In this document: piece by piece, positions 50,765-59,540 of the stretch
Numbering within the stretch: position 1 is the stretch's first letter
How the letters are laid out: each line of letters starts with the position of its first letter
Assembly: GCA_964616825.1 (NCBI GenBank)
Contig: CAZTSX010000007.1
Location: 40,248 to 104,247, forward strand
Source of the DNA: an uncultured Prolixibacteraceae bacterium
Lineage (GTDB): Bacteria > Bacteroidota > Bacteroidia > Bacteroidales > FEN-979
Direction of reading: 5' to 3'
Length of the DNA: 64,000 nucleotides
Program-made: the position numbers and the translations under genes
Notes under the pieces: generated by a model
The model's input: the letters and a program-made list of their open reading frames with translations, nothing else
Databases searched by the model: none
What the model was told of the DNA's origin: nothing

Positions 50765-50799
50765 AAATCACAAATGACAAGTACCAAATTTCAAATAAA
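50765..50799. repeat. degenerate tandem array, 5 x 7 nt (AAATNAC)
   Basis: Reads aaatcac aaatgac aagtacc aaatttc aaataaa, followed by caataacc aggtaacc aaatcagg. Confidence 0.6.
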
Positions 50800-50849
50800 T
50801 TACAATGTTCAAAAAAACAATAACCAGGTAACCAAATCAGGAGGGTATT

Positions 50850-51038
50850 ATGAAATACAAAGTACATCGTTTTGACATCAACATGGAAAGAGATCAGCAC
50901 CAGCTGGAACGGATGCTGAATAGTTTAAAAGGAGAAGTGGTCTCCATCATTCCGAATGTGGCAAAAACCACAATATTCCAGATCTATGGAATTACCAGAA
51001 AAGTAGACTTTCTGTTGATCGTCGAGAAAATAAAATAA
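50850..51038 (+). CDS. small hypothetical protein (62 aa) with a strong Shine-Dalgarno sequence
   Basis: AGGAGG at 50839-50844 lies 5 nt before the ATG. The ORF fills the gap between flanking genes. Confidence 0.45.
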   Translation: MKYKVHRFDINMERDQHQLERMLNSLKGEVVSIIPNVAKTTIFQIYGITRKVDFLLIVEKIK

Positions 51039-51066
51039 CATTAACAATATCAACAAACCAATCAAG

Positions 51067-53484
51067 ATGAAAACATTACAACTAATTGCCTGCGCCATTT
51101 TACTGGCTTTCATCCTTCCAAAATGTGCCAGTGGACAGCAGGACCCGAGCGGCAACGCCGGAGAAAAGACCATTTATTATGGCGTAGAAATCAATGATGT
51201 CCTCTGCGGGTATGCCAGAGTAACATCTATCCTGGAGGAGAAAGAGGGAAAAGAGATCGAAAAACTTGAAGGCAATGTCACAGTCAAACTATCTGTCCTG
51301 GGAGCCGGTGTCGACATGGTTATCACTTACCTCTATCTTACAGATCCAGTGACCGAACAGTTTTTCTACAATGCGACAACCGTGAAAACCGGAGAGACAG
51401 AGATGGAGTTTATCTCAAAAGTAAAAGATGATTCCATCTATTATGAATCTGCATCAGGGTCGGATAAGAAATCGTTCCTCCTGACCCCGGATGTCATTCT
51501 GGAAGGGCCCTTGACGACCATTCATATTGTGAATGATTTTATTAACGGAGATGCTACAGAAAAAGCGTATATGATATACGATCCGGCCCGGGGTGAGATC
51601 TATGAAAAAACCTATACCCGGGTTGGCGAGGAGACTCTGGAATTGGCAGGAAACAGTTACAAATGTCTCGTGCTGGATGAGATGAATCCAAGGTTGGGTG
51701 TGAAAGCAAAGCAGTGGTATGATATTGCCTCCGGGATGAATGTCCAAACCCTGATTGCCAACCGAAGGATCTTTTTAGCAACCCCATCGGTAATTAAACA
51801 AATTACTACGGTGGATATGGATGATGTCCTCTTTGCAAAAGTAAACACCAAGATATCAGATATCCATCATATCGCCTACATGAAGGTCAGGGCAGTGATC
51901 AATTCGGCCGGGGAGCAGCTCACATCTGAAAATCTCAATCACCTCGGGCAGACGTTTGAGGGGACCGTTACCGATAACCTGATTGAAGGAGTATTTGAAA
52001 TACATGCCGACAAATATGACGGCGTTAATGCCCCTCCTTTCCCACCTGATTTCTTGAACGATCCTGAACTGGAGAAATACCTGAAACCAGAAAACCTGAT
52101 TGAATCAGATGAACCGGTATTGATAGAAGAAGCCACAAAAATAACAGAAGGATCGGCAGATTCCTGGGAAGCTGCTAAGCGACTCAGCAAATGGGTGGCT
52201 GAAAACATCGAAGGAGCTGTCCCGGGCGGGACCTCTGCGATCAATACCTATAAAATCCGTCAGGGAGAGTGCGGATCACACTCCCGTTTGCTGGCAGCAT
52301 TCTGCCGTGCTGTTGGTATTCCTGCCAGACTATCAGTTGGGTGCATGTATTCCTCCGTATATGGAGGAAGTTTTGGTCAGCATGCGTGGACGGAAGTATA
52401 CATGGGTGATGCGGGCTGGGTGCCGGTAGATGCCACCGCATTTGAGATTGATTTCATCGACGCCGGTCATATCCGTTTGGGAGAGGGGACTTCGTTCAAT
52501 CCAAAAGAGATGGAGATCCTGGAGTATCGAATGATTGAAGGGACAATCACAGCCGGTGATTCGATCCCTGTAGAGGTTCAACCTTATCTTGGCAAATACA
52601 CCGATTTGAGTAGAAACAGGGTATTTACGGTAGTGTATAAGGATAATTCCGTAGCCGTGGATATACCCGGACAGATGGTTCTGGTGTTAAAAGAGCCGGA
52701 TGAAAATAGCTACTGGTATCCGAAACTGACCCGTCAGCTCTATTTCCAGTTTCCAAAAAATACTGTTGGTACAGTGGAAAAACTACTCGTGACCCAGATG
52801 GTGCCTATTCCAAGAAAGACTGATCTCGACACATTGCCATCCGATGTTCCGAGAATCCTCCTTCCTTACATCGGGATTTATGACTTGCCCCAGGCGAAAC
52901 TGACTGTTCCTGTATCGTTTCAAGAAGGGAACCTTTCTATTCCTGATCTGATAGGCAGAACCAATAAACCAGTGATCCTAGAGGAAAAGGATGGAAAATG
53001 GAATTCTGAAGACGGGAACTATACCATCAGGTTTGAGAAAAATGACACAGGCGCTGTGACCAGGATGGTCGCTGCTATTCACTTTACATTTAACAGGGGC
53101 GAACCTGCTGCGAATATCATCGAAAAGGTTATTGAAGAGGATGGAATCGATGCAGGATTGGAGAGATACCAGGAGTTGAAAACAGAGAACAGGGGAGAGT
53201 ATATCTTCAAGGAGGAGTTACTGAACAGGTTGGGATACCGGTTTCTTTTGAATAATAAACTCCCGGAAGCCATCAAGGTATTCAAACTGAATGCAAAAGA
53301 GAATCCAGATTCATTCAACGTTTACGACAGCCTGGGGGAAGCCTACATGAAAAGCGGGAATAATGCCATGGCGATGAAGAATTATGAGAAGTCACTTGAA
53401 CTGAATCCGGATAATGAGAACGGCAAAAAAATGTTGGAAAAACTCCAGGAAACAGTAAAAGGTCAGCAAAACGATACTCCATGA
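51067..53484 (+). CDS. secreted transglutaminase-like cysteine protease-fold protein with C-terminal TPR repeats
   Basis: Signal peptide, then the Cys-His-Asp core RQGECGSHSRLLAAFCRAVGIPAR ... GQHAWTEVYM ... WVPVDAT. A TPR-like tail is also present (AIKVFKLNAKENPDSFNVYDSLGEAYMKSGNNAMAMKNYEKSLELNPDN). Confidence 0.8.
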   Translation: MKTLQLIACAILLAFILPKCASGQQDPSGNAGEKTIYYGVEINDVLCGYARVTSILEEKEGKEIEKLEGNVTVKLSVLGAGVDMVITYLYLTDPVTEQFFYNATTVKTGETEMEFISKVKDDSIYYESASGSDKKSFLLTPDVILEGPLTTIHIVNDFINGDATEKAYMIYDPARGEIYEKTYTRVGEETLELAGNSYKCLVLDEMNPRLGVKAKQWYDIASGMNVQTLIANRRIFLATPSVIKQITTVDMDDVLFAKVNTKISDIHHIAYMKVRAVINSAGEQLTSENLNHLGQTFEGTVTDNLIEGVFEIHADKYDGVNAPPFPPDFLNDPELEKYLKPENLIESDEPVLIEEATKITEGSADSWEAAKRLSKWVAENIEGAVPGGTSAINTYKIRQGECGSHSRLLAAFCRAVGIPARLSVGCMYSSVYGGSFGQHAWTEVYMGDAGWVPVDATAFEIDFIDAGHIRLGEGTSFNPKEMEILEYRMIEGTITAGDSIPVEVQPYLGKYTDLSRNRVFTVVYKDNSVAVDIPGQMVLVLKEPDENSYWYPKLTRQLYFQFPKNTVGTVEKLLVTQMVPIPRKTDLDTLPSDVPRILLPYIGIYDLPQAKLTVPVSFQEGNLSIPDLIGRTNKPVILEEKDGKWNSEDGNYTIRFEKNDTGAVTRMVAAIHFTFNRGEPAANIIEKVIEEDGIDAGLERYQELKTENRGEYIFKEELLNRLGYRFLLNNKLPEAIKVFKLNAKENPDSFNVYDSLGEAYMKSGNNAMAMKNYEKSLELNPDNENGKKMLEKLQETVKGQQNDTP

Positions 53485-53523
53485 AAAAAACCAAGTGAAC
53501 AAAATCCAATAACTGAATAACAG

Positions 53524-54123
53524 ATGAATTTCAAGCAAGCAGCCATACTGGGTTCTTACATCTCGAAAGACTACGCCGAAGATCTCTTCCGGCTGCTGGC
53601 TACCTATACGAGTATCTCTGCCTCCGAAGCTGCTTCGCGGCTGGACCTGCACATCAAAACTGTTCAGGATTTCCTGGAAGCGATGAGCGACCTGGGATTC
53701 CTGGAGAAAGAGGAGGTGTATGAAAAGAAGCGTCCCTATTTCCGGTATACGCTAAAAAAGAAGAAGATATCCATGGATCTTGATCTGGTTCCTTTATTCC
53801 CGAAAAGCGCAACCGACGACCGGACAGATCTCCAGATCCGGGAGCGAAAGAATGCCGGCGTCCGATTTACCACCTCACGGAATAATCAGTACATCAGCAA
53901 CGTGGTGATCTGGATTGGGCAAGGACGTGAGCGCACGGAGAGACGGATCAACCTGACTATTTCCCAGGGACAGTTTCTGTTTCATCTCCCCTTCCCCAGT
54001 GCAGATTTTCAATCAATCCGGAAGATCATGGAGAAAGCAGAGGTTGATTCTTCAAACCTGTCTGAGATCCTCGATATCGTGGATGCCCTGATCGAATTCA
54101 ACATAATTGAACATGAAAAATAA
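53524..54123 (+). CDS. hypothetical protein with an N-terminal winged-helix (ArsR/MarR-like) DNA-binding domain
   Basis: LLATYTSISASEAASRLDLHIKTVQDFLEAMSDLGFLEKEEV looks like a wHTH. The C-terminal half is unassigned. Confidence 0.45.
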   Translation: MNFKQAAILGSYISKDYAEDLFRLLATYTSISASEAASRLDLHIKTVQDFLEAMSDLGFLEKEEVYEKKRPYFRYTLKKKKISMDLDLVPLFPKSATDDRTDLQIRERKNAGVRFTTSRNNQYISNVVIWIGQGRERTERRINLTISQGQFLFHLPFPSADFQSIRKIMEKAEVDSSNLSEILDIVDALIEFNIIEHEK

Positions 54124-54131
54124 ATATAAGA

Positions 54132-54160
54132 ACACAAATGACACAGATGGACACAGATTA
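54132..54160. repeat. tandem array, 3 x ~10 nt (ACACANATGN)
   Basis: Reads acacaaatg acacagatgg acacagatta. Confidence 0.6.
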
Positions 54161-54174
54161 TAAAAACGAAAATC

Positions 54175-55056
54175 ATGAAAACAAGAAAATTTTTACCCCT
54201 ATTGATTCCGGTTGGGATCTTATTGACAACGGTCTTCATCCTTGCCGGATGTGCATCCAAAAAGAACATCTGGGGGAGTAAAGAAAAAGGGCTGATCCTG
54301 AGTTATCGTTTCCCGGAATCCAACTCTCTCAAGTATATCGCTTCTGGTGATATGGTTCAGAACATGGAGATGATGGGGCAGAAGTTTGAGGTTACCCTGA
54401 AGAACTATCAGGTTTATTCTCTCAAAACAGACGATCCTTCATCAGATCCACTAACCCTGGATATCACTGTTGACACAATGTATCTCAAAATGAAAACTCC
54501 GATGAACGAAACCACCCCGGGAATGGAAGAGGTAATCGGGCGGAATTTTGCCATCAAACTTACACCAATTGGTAAGGAATCGGATTTCTCACAGGCGGAG
54601 GAGATCACCTTTCAACTGGGGGGTGAAACCCGTAGCCTGAGTGCCGAATTCCAGGGATTCTTCCCTGATTTCCCTGCTAACCCGGTAAAGCCCGGAGATT
54701 CATGGAGCTATCAGGATACGATCAAAGAGGAGTCCGGAGGAAACTGGTTGCACCTTTATATCAATTGCACGGCTACTCTTGAAGGGTACGAGACGCTGAG
54801 CGGAAGGGAGTGCGTCCGGGTTACGGTCCATTTCAGTGGTACGTTACTGGGAGAAGGGATTACACGGCAAGTAGAGATGAAAACAACCGGTGATATTTCA
54901 GGCACCGACACCTATTTCTTCGATTACAAGGAAGGGATTTTGGTGAAAATCAGATCAGAAGGAACAGCTTCTTCTGTGACCAAGACCAGCGGTGAAAGAG
55001 AGATGACGATCCCGGCGACGAGAGAGTTTGCGAAGGAGGTGGTGCTGGAAGAGTGA
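54175..55056 (+). CDS. hypothetical lipoprotein
   Basis: Lipobox FILAGCASKK. 293-aa ORF with no recognised family. Confidence 0.6.
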   Translation: MKTRKFLPLLIPVGILLTTVFILAGCASKKNIWGSKEKGLILSYRFPESNSLKYIASGDMVQNMEMMGQKFEVTLKNYQVYSLKTDDPSSDPLTLDITVDTMYLKMKTPMNETTPGMEEVIGRNFAIKLTPIGKESDFSQAEEITFQLGGETRSLSAEFQGFFPDFPANPVKPGDSWSYQDTIKEESGGNWLHLYINCTATLEGYETLSGRECVRVTVHFSGTLLGEGITRQVEMKTTGDISGTDTYFFDYKEGILVKIRSEGTASSVTKTSGEREMTIPATREFAKEVVLEE

Positions 55057-55110
55057 CAAATCAGACAAGTGATCCAGTGACCAAGTAATCCAGGTATGAA
55101 GTGAAGGTTT
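55055..55110 (+). repeat. degenerate 8-nt array (GACAAGT / GATCCAGT units); left copy of a direct-repeat pair
   Basis: Reads gacaaatcagacaagtgatccagtgaccaagtaatccaggtatgaagtgaaggttt and starts on the TGA stop at 55054-55056. Confidence 0.75.
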
Positions 55111-55178
55111 TAATTTTTCCTGACCTTCTTTCCCAAACATCCGTATATTTGCCCCCCAATTAAACTAAACCTCGAACA

Positions 55179-55523
55179 ATGGATGAGACGAAGAAGCTCC
55201 ATGTCTTATGGACCACAGGGGAGAAAGATGTTGCTATCCGGATGATATTTCAGTACCTGATGAATGCCAAAGCCAATGGCTGGTGGGATGAGATCAACCT
55301 GATTATCTGGGGGCCATCTGCAAAGCTTACAGCTGAAGACAAGGAGATCCAGGAAGAGATCCAGATGTGCCTCGACAGCGGGATGACCATTCAGGCATGC
55401 CTCGTTTGCACCGATTCTTATGGAGTTACAAAAAAAATAATCAGGCTGGGTATTGATGTCCGGCTGATGGGAGAACCGTTTACAGAGTATCTGCGTGGTA
55501 AGGATACAGTGATTACGTTTTGA
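55179..55523 (+). CDS. DsrE/DsrF-like family protein
   Basis: 114 aa. KKLHVLWTTGEKDVA...INLIIWGPSAKL...IQACLVCTDSYGV resembles the DsrE-fold small sulfur-relay-like proteins. Confidence 0.55.
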   Translation: MDETKKLHVLWTTGEKDVAIRMIFQYLMNAKANGWWDEINLIIWGPSAKLTAEDKEIQEEIQMCLDSGMTIQACLVCTDSYGVTKKIIRLGIDVRLMGEPFTEYLRGKDTVITF

Positions 55524-55524
55524 T

Positions 55525-55588
55525 GACAGGTTAGACAAGTATCCAGTTATCCAGTTATCCAGTAATCCAGCTATCTGGTTATCCACTC
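55525..55588 (+). repeat. tandem array, ~6 x 8 nt (ATCCAGTT) preceded by GACAGGTTAGACAAGT; right copy of the direct-repeat pair
   Basis: Reads gacaggttagacaagt atccagtt atccagtt atccagta atccagct atctggtt atccactc. The last two units encode the C-terminus (EWITR*) of the convergent peptidase gene. Confidence 0.85.
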
Positions 55589-57091
55589 GATGTATCCTTC
55601 AATATCAAGTCCTTTTCCAGTGAATCGTTTGAGTTTCTCCTGCCAGTGATAATACTCACCGTCTTTGTAGAAGTACTCCTGCATCAGGGCGGCGGTTTCG
55701 GGATTGAAGAGGTAGTCAGTTCCCAGTCTTCTCTCCAGTTCGTTGTGGATCTGCCACTGGATGATCTCGGCGAAGAGGTAGTTGTGGTTGTAAATGGGAT
55801 AGGATACATACATGGAGTTAGCCATTCTGTGTTGCCGCGAGGAAGGTGTGTCAACCAGCAGGTATCGTTTCAACAACTTTGACCGAAGTGAATCCACATC
55901 CAATTCCGGATTGTTGAATATTTCCAGTTCCAGCCACACATTGTAGAGCCAGAAGCGGATGTTGACCGGAGCATATTTCTTGCAGGTCTTGATTTTTTCA
56001 GCAATTTCTTCCCCGGTGAGATCAGTATACTTTTTCATCCACTCCGGGTTCTGAAGGACACCGGCAGCCCACTCAGCCAAACCTTCTGCCATGATCGGAC
56101 TGGTGCCTCCTGCTATCCACTCATACCCCTTTAGTACCGGAGATGAGATACGGGTGTAAACACAGGCCAGACCATGTCCTACTTCGTGAAAGATGGTTGA
56201 TACTCCTACGCTTGGATTCACAACCAACTTGAAGTTGTCGGGAATCCGTACAGAAATTCCCTGTCCTCCCATCGGAGGCGGCAGTTGCATCTCACGTTGC
56301 AGGATCGGCAGCTCTTCATACTTCATCCCTAATCCATTCAGGGTGGAGGAAAGGATGGCCTGGCGTTCCTCTTTCAAAGGTTCTGGTGGTCCACATCGGA
56401 AATAGTTAAAATAGAGCTGGAATATATCCTGAATCCCCACTTCATCGAGTTCATTCTTCTCCTTTAACTCATCAACCATCACCCTGTATGGCTGGATAGT
56501 AAGTGTATCTATCACATGGAGCCAGCGCTGAAATGCTTCGGGCTGAATGCTGTTAACCATCAGGGTCATGTCTATGTAACCGTGAAATCCTAACTCTTTA
56601 GCCGAGATGTTCCGTTTGACCAGCAGCTCTTTTGCCATCTTCTCCAGGTCTTCGCCTGAAGGCTTCCCTTCTACAGTATCGGATGTAACCAGCCATTTTT
56701 CAAGTTCCGACTGCAGCTCACTGATCCCGGGAGCGTCATTGACCTGTGAAGCCGCCATGATATTGTGCCACTGAATCAGCTGACGATGCATCATTGTATC
56801 GGAAATCTTATCCTGTCTCTGCATCCAGTATTGAAGAAGGGCTTCCATACTGTCTTTTTGCACATACCTATCTGCTTTGAGTGTTTCCAGTTCGCCTGCA
56901 TCCTCCAGTACCCCCGAGTAATAGTCGTAATAGGCATCTCCCAAGGCAACAGAATAATCTTCAAACAATTGATCCTGACGGTCGAGGAAGCTCCGGACTT
57001 GATCCTGTTGTATGATCCAGTTTGTCTCCTGAGCCATAATAGCTACAGAAAGACCGATGGTCATGGCAATAATTAAAAAAAGTGGTTTCAT
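55571..57091 (-). CDS. secreted HExxH zinc metallopeptidase (gluzincin; M3/M2-like, family uncertain)
   Basis: Signal peptide MKPLFLIIAMTIGLSVAIMAQ, motif TIFHEVGHGLA, and a downstream Glu in IMAEGLAEW. Confidence 0.6.
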   Translation of the reverse strand: MKPLFLIIAMTIGLSVAIMAQETNWIIQQDQVRSFLDRQDQLFEDYSVALGDAYYDYYSGVLEDAGELETLKADRYVQKDSMEALLQYWMQRQDKISDTMMHRQLIQWHNIMAASQVNDAPGISELQSELEKWLVTSDTVEGKPSGEDLEKMAKELLVKRNISAKELGFHGYIDMTLMVNSIQPEAFQRWLHVIDTLTIQPYRVMVDELKEKNELDEVGIQDIFQLYFNYFRCGPPEPLKEERQAILSSTLNGLGMKYEELPILQREMQLPPPMGGQGISVRIPDNFKLVVNPSVGVSTIFHEVGHGLACVYTRISSPVLKGYEWIAGGTSPIMAEGLAEWAAGVLQNPEWMKKYTDLTGEEIAEKIKTCKKYAPVNIRFWLYNVWLELEIFNNPELDVDSLRSKLLKRYLLVDTPSSRQHRMANSMYVSYPIYNHNYLFAEIIQWQIHNELERRLGTDYLFNPETAALMQEYFYKDGEYYHWQEKLKRFTGKGLDIEGYIEWITR

Positions 57092-57158
57092 GAATGAATG
57101 AGTTTAGTTTTTAACTCATGCAAAGATGAGGATTAATTGGGAACCATATCACCATCCG

Positions 57159-58433
57159 TTAAAGCTTCTGTCTGAACATGTGCTTGTTGTCTCCCTGACC
57201 AGGGATATCGTAAAGGTAAAAAAGGAAGTTATTATGTACGTGAACCTTTTGGGGAAACATATGCTTTGAGCTGGCGATCCTTTTCAGCTCGCCGGTATTT
57301 AAATCGACACGGTAGAGGGTCATCCTGCCGTTTTTGATGAAGGAAGTATAGGCTTTCCGGTCGATGTCGTCGATATAGATCTCGGTGGTCCACCGGCCGG
57401 CATTTGTCTCCTGAACCTGCAACTTCAGCTTGGATGTAAATTCACCCAGCCGCGTATATAGCTCCAGCGTATAATCGGCTGTATTGAACACACATAGCAT
57501 ATCGTCAATCTTATGAAGCGTAGAAGTGTTTGGTTTGTAAAGTACTTTCTTCACCCAATTCCATTGCTGAAAAGCTTCCCGGCCTTCCGGGATCCGCGAC
57601 ATCATCATCAACGCATTGTCGTCTCGGTTTCTTCTCAACATCTTCATCTTTGCTTCATCATTAGCAAATGTGAGATGCTTTTTCTGGCTGGTTTTGCGAT
57701 TGATGTGATAAAATTCAACTCCCAGCTGATTCCGGCTTATCTTCCTGAAGAAAAGCAGATCCCCCGAAGAGGCTACACAATCAAAGAGGGTCTTGCGGAA
57801 GCGGTCGATCTCAGCAGGAAAGATGAGCCGAAGGATAGTAGAGTCTCTGAATACCTGGTATGCTGTATCATGACTGAGCACATGTATATACCCCAGGCAA
57901 TCATGAAACAGTCGTGTCGGACGAAATGGAAGCGAGCCCGAGCCGGATGCTGTATCGCCCGATACCGAAAGACAAAGTAATTCCGATTCAGCTCGCCTGA
58001 ACCTGAAGATCAGCATGTAGACCCGGTTGCTGTCGACCGTATAATCCAGGACCGAATACTGGGTGTCTTTGAAGAAGAGCTCGGGTTCATATTCGGCCTT
58101 GATCTCGACCTCCCTGAGCGTTGTTGCCTGTTGCTTCAACATGACGGTGATCGTTGCCGAGGTGTTATCCAGCCAGATCCGCTGGGTTTCATACCCCAGA
58201 TGGCTTACAGTCATGTATACCGGGATGGTGTCGATGAAAAAAGAGAACTTCCCCTGGATGCTTGTTGAGGTTCCCAGGTCGGTTCCGGTAAAGCTGATAT
58301 TTACCGACGGGACCGGATGCCGGGTCTCGCGATCAATGACCTTCCCATAGAAATAGAAGTTCTGCTCCTGAGCATAGATCAGCTGGGTGGAACAACATAT
58401 CAGAAAGACCAGAAATAATTTCCATCTTCTCAT
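57159..58433 (-). CDS. CarboxypepD_reg-like domain protein, exported
   Basis: I chose Met27 (MRRWKLFLVFLICCSTQLIYAQ) as the start; it overlaps the upstream stop as ATGA. FYFYGKVIDRETRHPVPSVNISFTGTDLGTSTSIQGKFSF is typical of the domain. Confidence 0.6.
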   Translation of the reverse strand: MRRWKLFLVFLICCSTQLIYAQEQNFYFYGKVIDRETRHPVPSVNISFTGTDLGTSTSIQGKFSFFIDTIPVYMTVSHLGYETQRIWLDNTSATITVMLKQQATTLREVEIKAEYEPELFFKDTQYSVLDYTVDSNRVYMLIFRFRRAESELLCLSVSGDTASGSGSLPFRPTRLFHDCLGYIHVLSHDTAYQVFRDSTILRLIFPAEIDRFRKTLFDCVASSGDLLFFRKISRNQLGVEFYHINRKTSQKKHLTFANDEAKMKMLRRNRDDNALMMMSRIPEGREAFQQWNWVKKVLYKPNTSTLHKIDDMLCVFNTADYTLELYTRLGEFTSKLKLQVQETNAGRWTTEIYIDDIDRKAYTSFIKNGRMTLYRVDLNTGELKRIASSKHMFPQKVHVHNNFLFYLYDIPGQGDNKHMFRQKL

Positions 58434-59428
58434 TTGCGGGAAAACTTCAGGAAAAGCCAACGAATGACAATCACTATCGGGGTAAACACAATCAAGATAA
58501 TAAGTACCCATCTCAGGAACACCAGAAAATCAAATGAAACAGGTACCAGGGCTGTCAATGGTGGAAAGATTCCAGCCTCTTTTTGATGTTTTACCCATTT
58601 CTTCTCAACCTCTGCCAAAGGAATCTGAAACACTTTTTCGAATGTTTTCTCCGTACTGAAATTCCAGTGCATCTTCGATCCATACTTGCGGATCTGGTCT
58701 ATTCCGTATTGTGAGATCAGGTACCGGGTAAACTGATATACTCCCCCGTAACCCTTTGCAGCCATCTTCCCATCTTCCATTCTCACCATCGCCTGCCAAT
58801 CCCAGGGATGTTTCAGTGAGGTGACCGTTACCAGCTCCGGGTTCTCTTTCAGGTAATCGTCGAGATGGTTTGCTGCAAAGGAATAGTCCTGCATTACCGT
58901 AGCACATCCTTCGTCGAACCATTTGGGGAGGGTTAACACATAGCAGAGATACGAGAAACGACGACTCATATAAAGATGGCTCATCTCATGAACAAGAGCC
59001 GAATACAACGACATACTTGTTCCAAAACGGTCGGGATTGAGTACAATCCTCCCCATCAAAGCCGATCCCATAGCCCGGTTCCATGTCAGATGATAATATT
59101 GATCAGGCGATTCACATAAAAAAATATTCACCCCTTTCCAGAACTCCTGGTCACTGGTATCATTCCAGAATTTTCGGATAGAATCCTGTGCGATGGACGC
59201 CATGTAGAGAACATCCATGGCCTCAATGATATGGTCACCGGAATAGTAAACGGTATTTGTATAATCCGTTACATTATCATAGGAATCAAGCAGGTAAGGG
59301 AACAGCACCCTCCCGGGTCCAAACATAAAAAAGAAGATGATCAACCAGAAAAACAGGAATAATAAGATCCGGAGAGTCCATTTTCTCACATTACTTCGCT
59401 TTTTTTCTCTGGTAATCGGGTCATTCAT
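58430..59428 (-). CDS. membrane-anchored hypothetical protein with an HExxH motif (putative MA-clan peptidase)
   Basis: N-terminal TM helix, ALVHEMSHLYM, and a C-terminal TM helix. Confidence 0.5.
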   Translation of the reverse strand: MNDPITREKKRSNVRKWTLRILLFLFFWLIIFFFMFGPGRVLFPYLLDSYDNVTDYTNTVYYSGDHIIEAMDVLYMASIAQDSIRKFWNDTSDQEFWKGVNIFLCESPDQYYHLTWNRAMGSALMGRIVLNPDRFGTSMSLYSALVHEMSHLYMSRRFSYLCYVLTLPKWFDEGCATVMQDYSFAANHLDDYLKENPELVTVTSLKHPWDWQAMVRMEDGKMAAKGYGGVYQFTRYLISQYGIDQIRKYGSKMHWNFSTEKTFEKVFQIPLAEVEKKWVKHQKEAGIFPPLTALVPVSFDFLVFLRWVLIILIVFTPIVIVIRWLFLKFSRK

Positions 59429-59540
59429 GGAGATAAAAGTAACAATGAATATTCAAAAATAGGTTTCCAGGCATAGGCAAGCAAAATATATCGATGATCG
59501 AATACAATCTGTCGATAAGCAGCAAGAAAACAAATAGGAG

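Noticed and set aside
48552-51066. The accessory patch as a prophage, ICE or genomic island
   Set aside because: It has no integrase, recombinase, tRNA target, or phage structural or conjugation genes. It contains only a TA pair, a gene remnant and two unknown genes. It is better described as a small rearrangement-prone patch.
57097-57120. AT-rich 7-bp hairpin (atgagtt ... aactcat) as the terminator of the 57159 gene
   Set aside because: The stem is weak, the loop is 8 nt and there is no clear U-run on the transcribed (minus) strand. The evidence is insufficient to report it as a feature.
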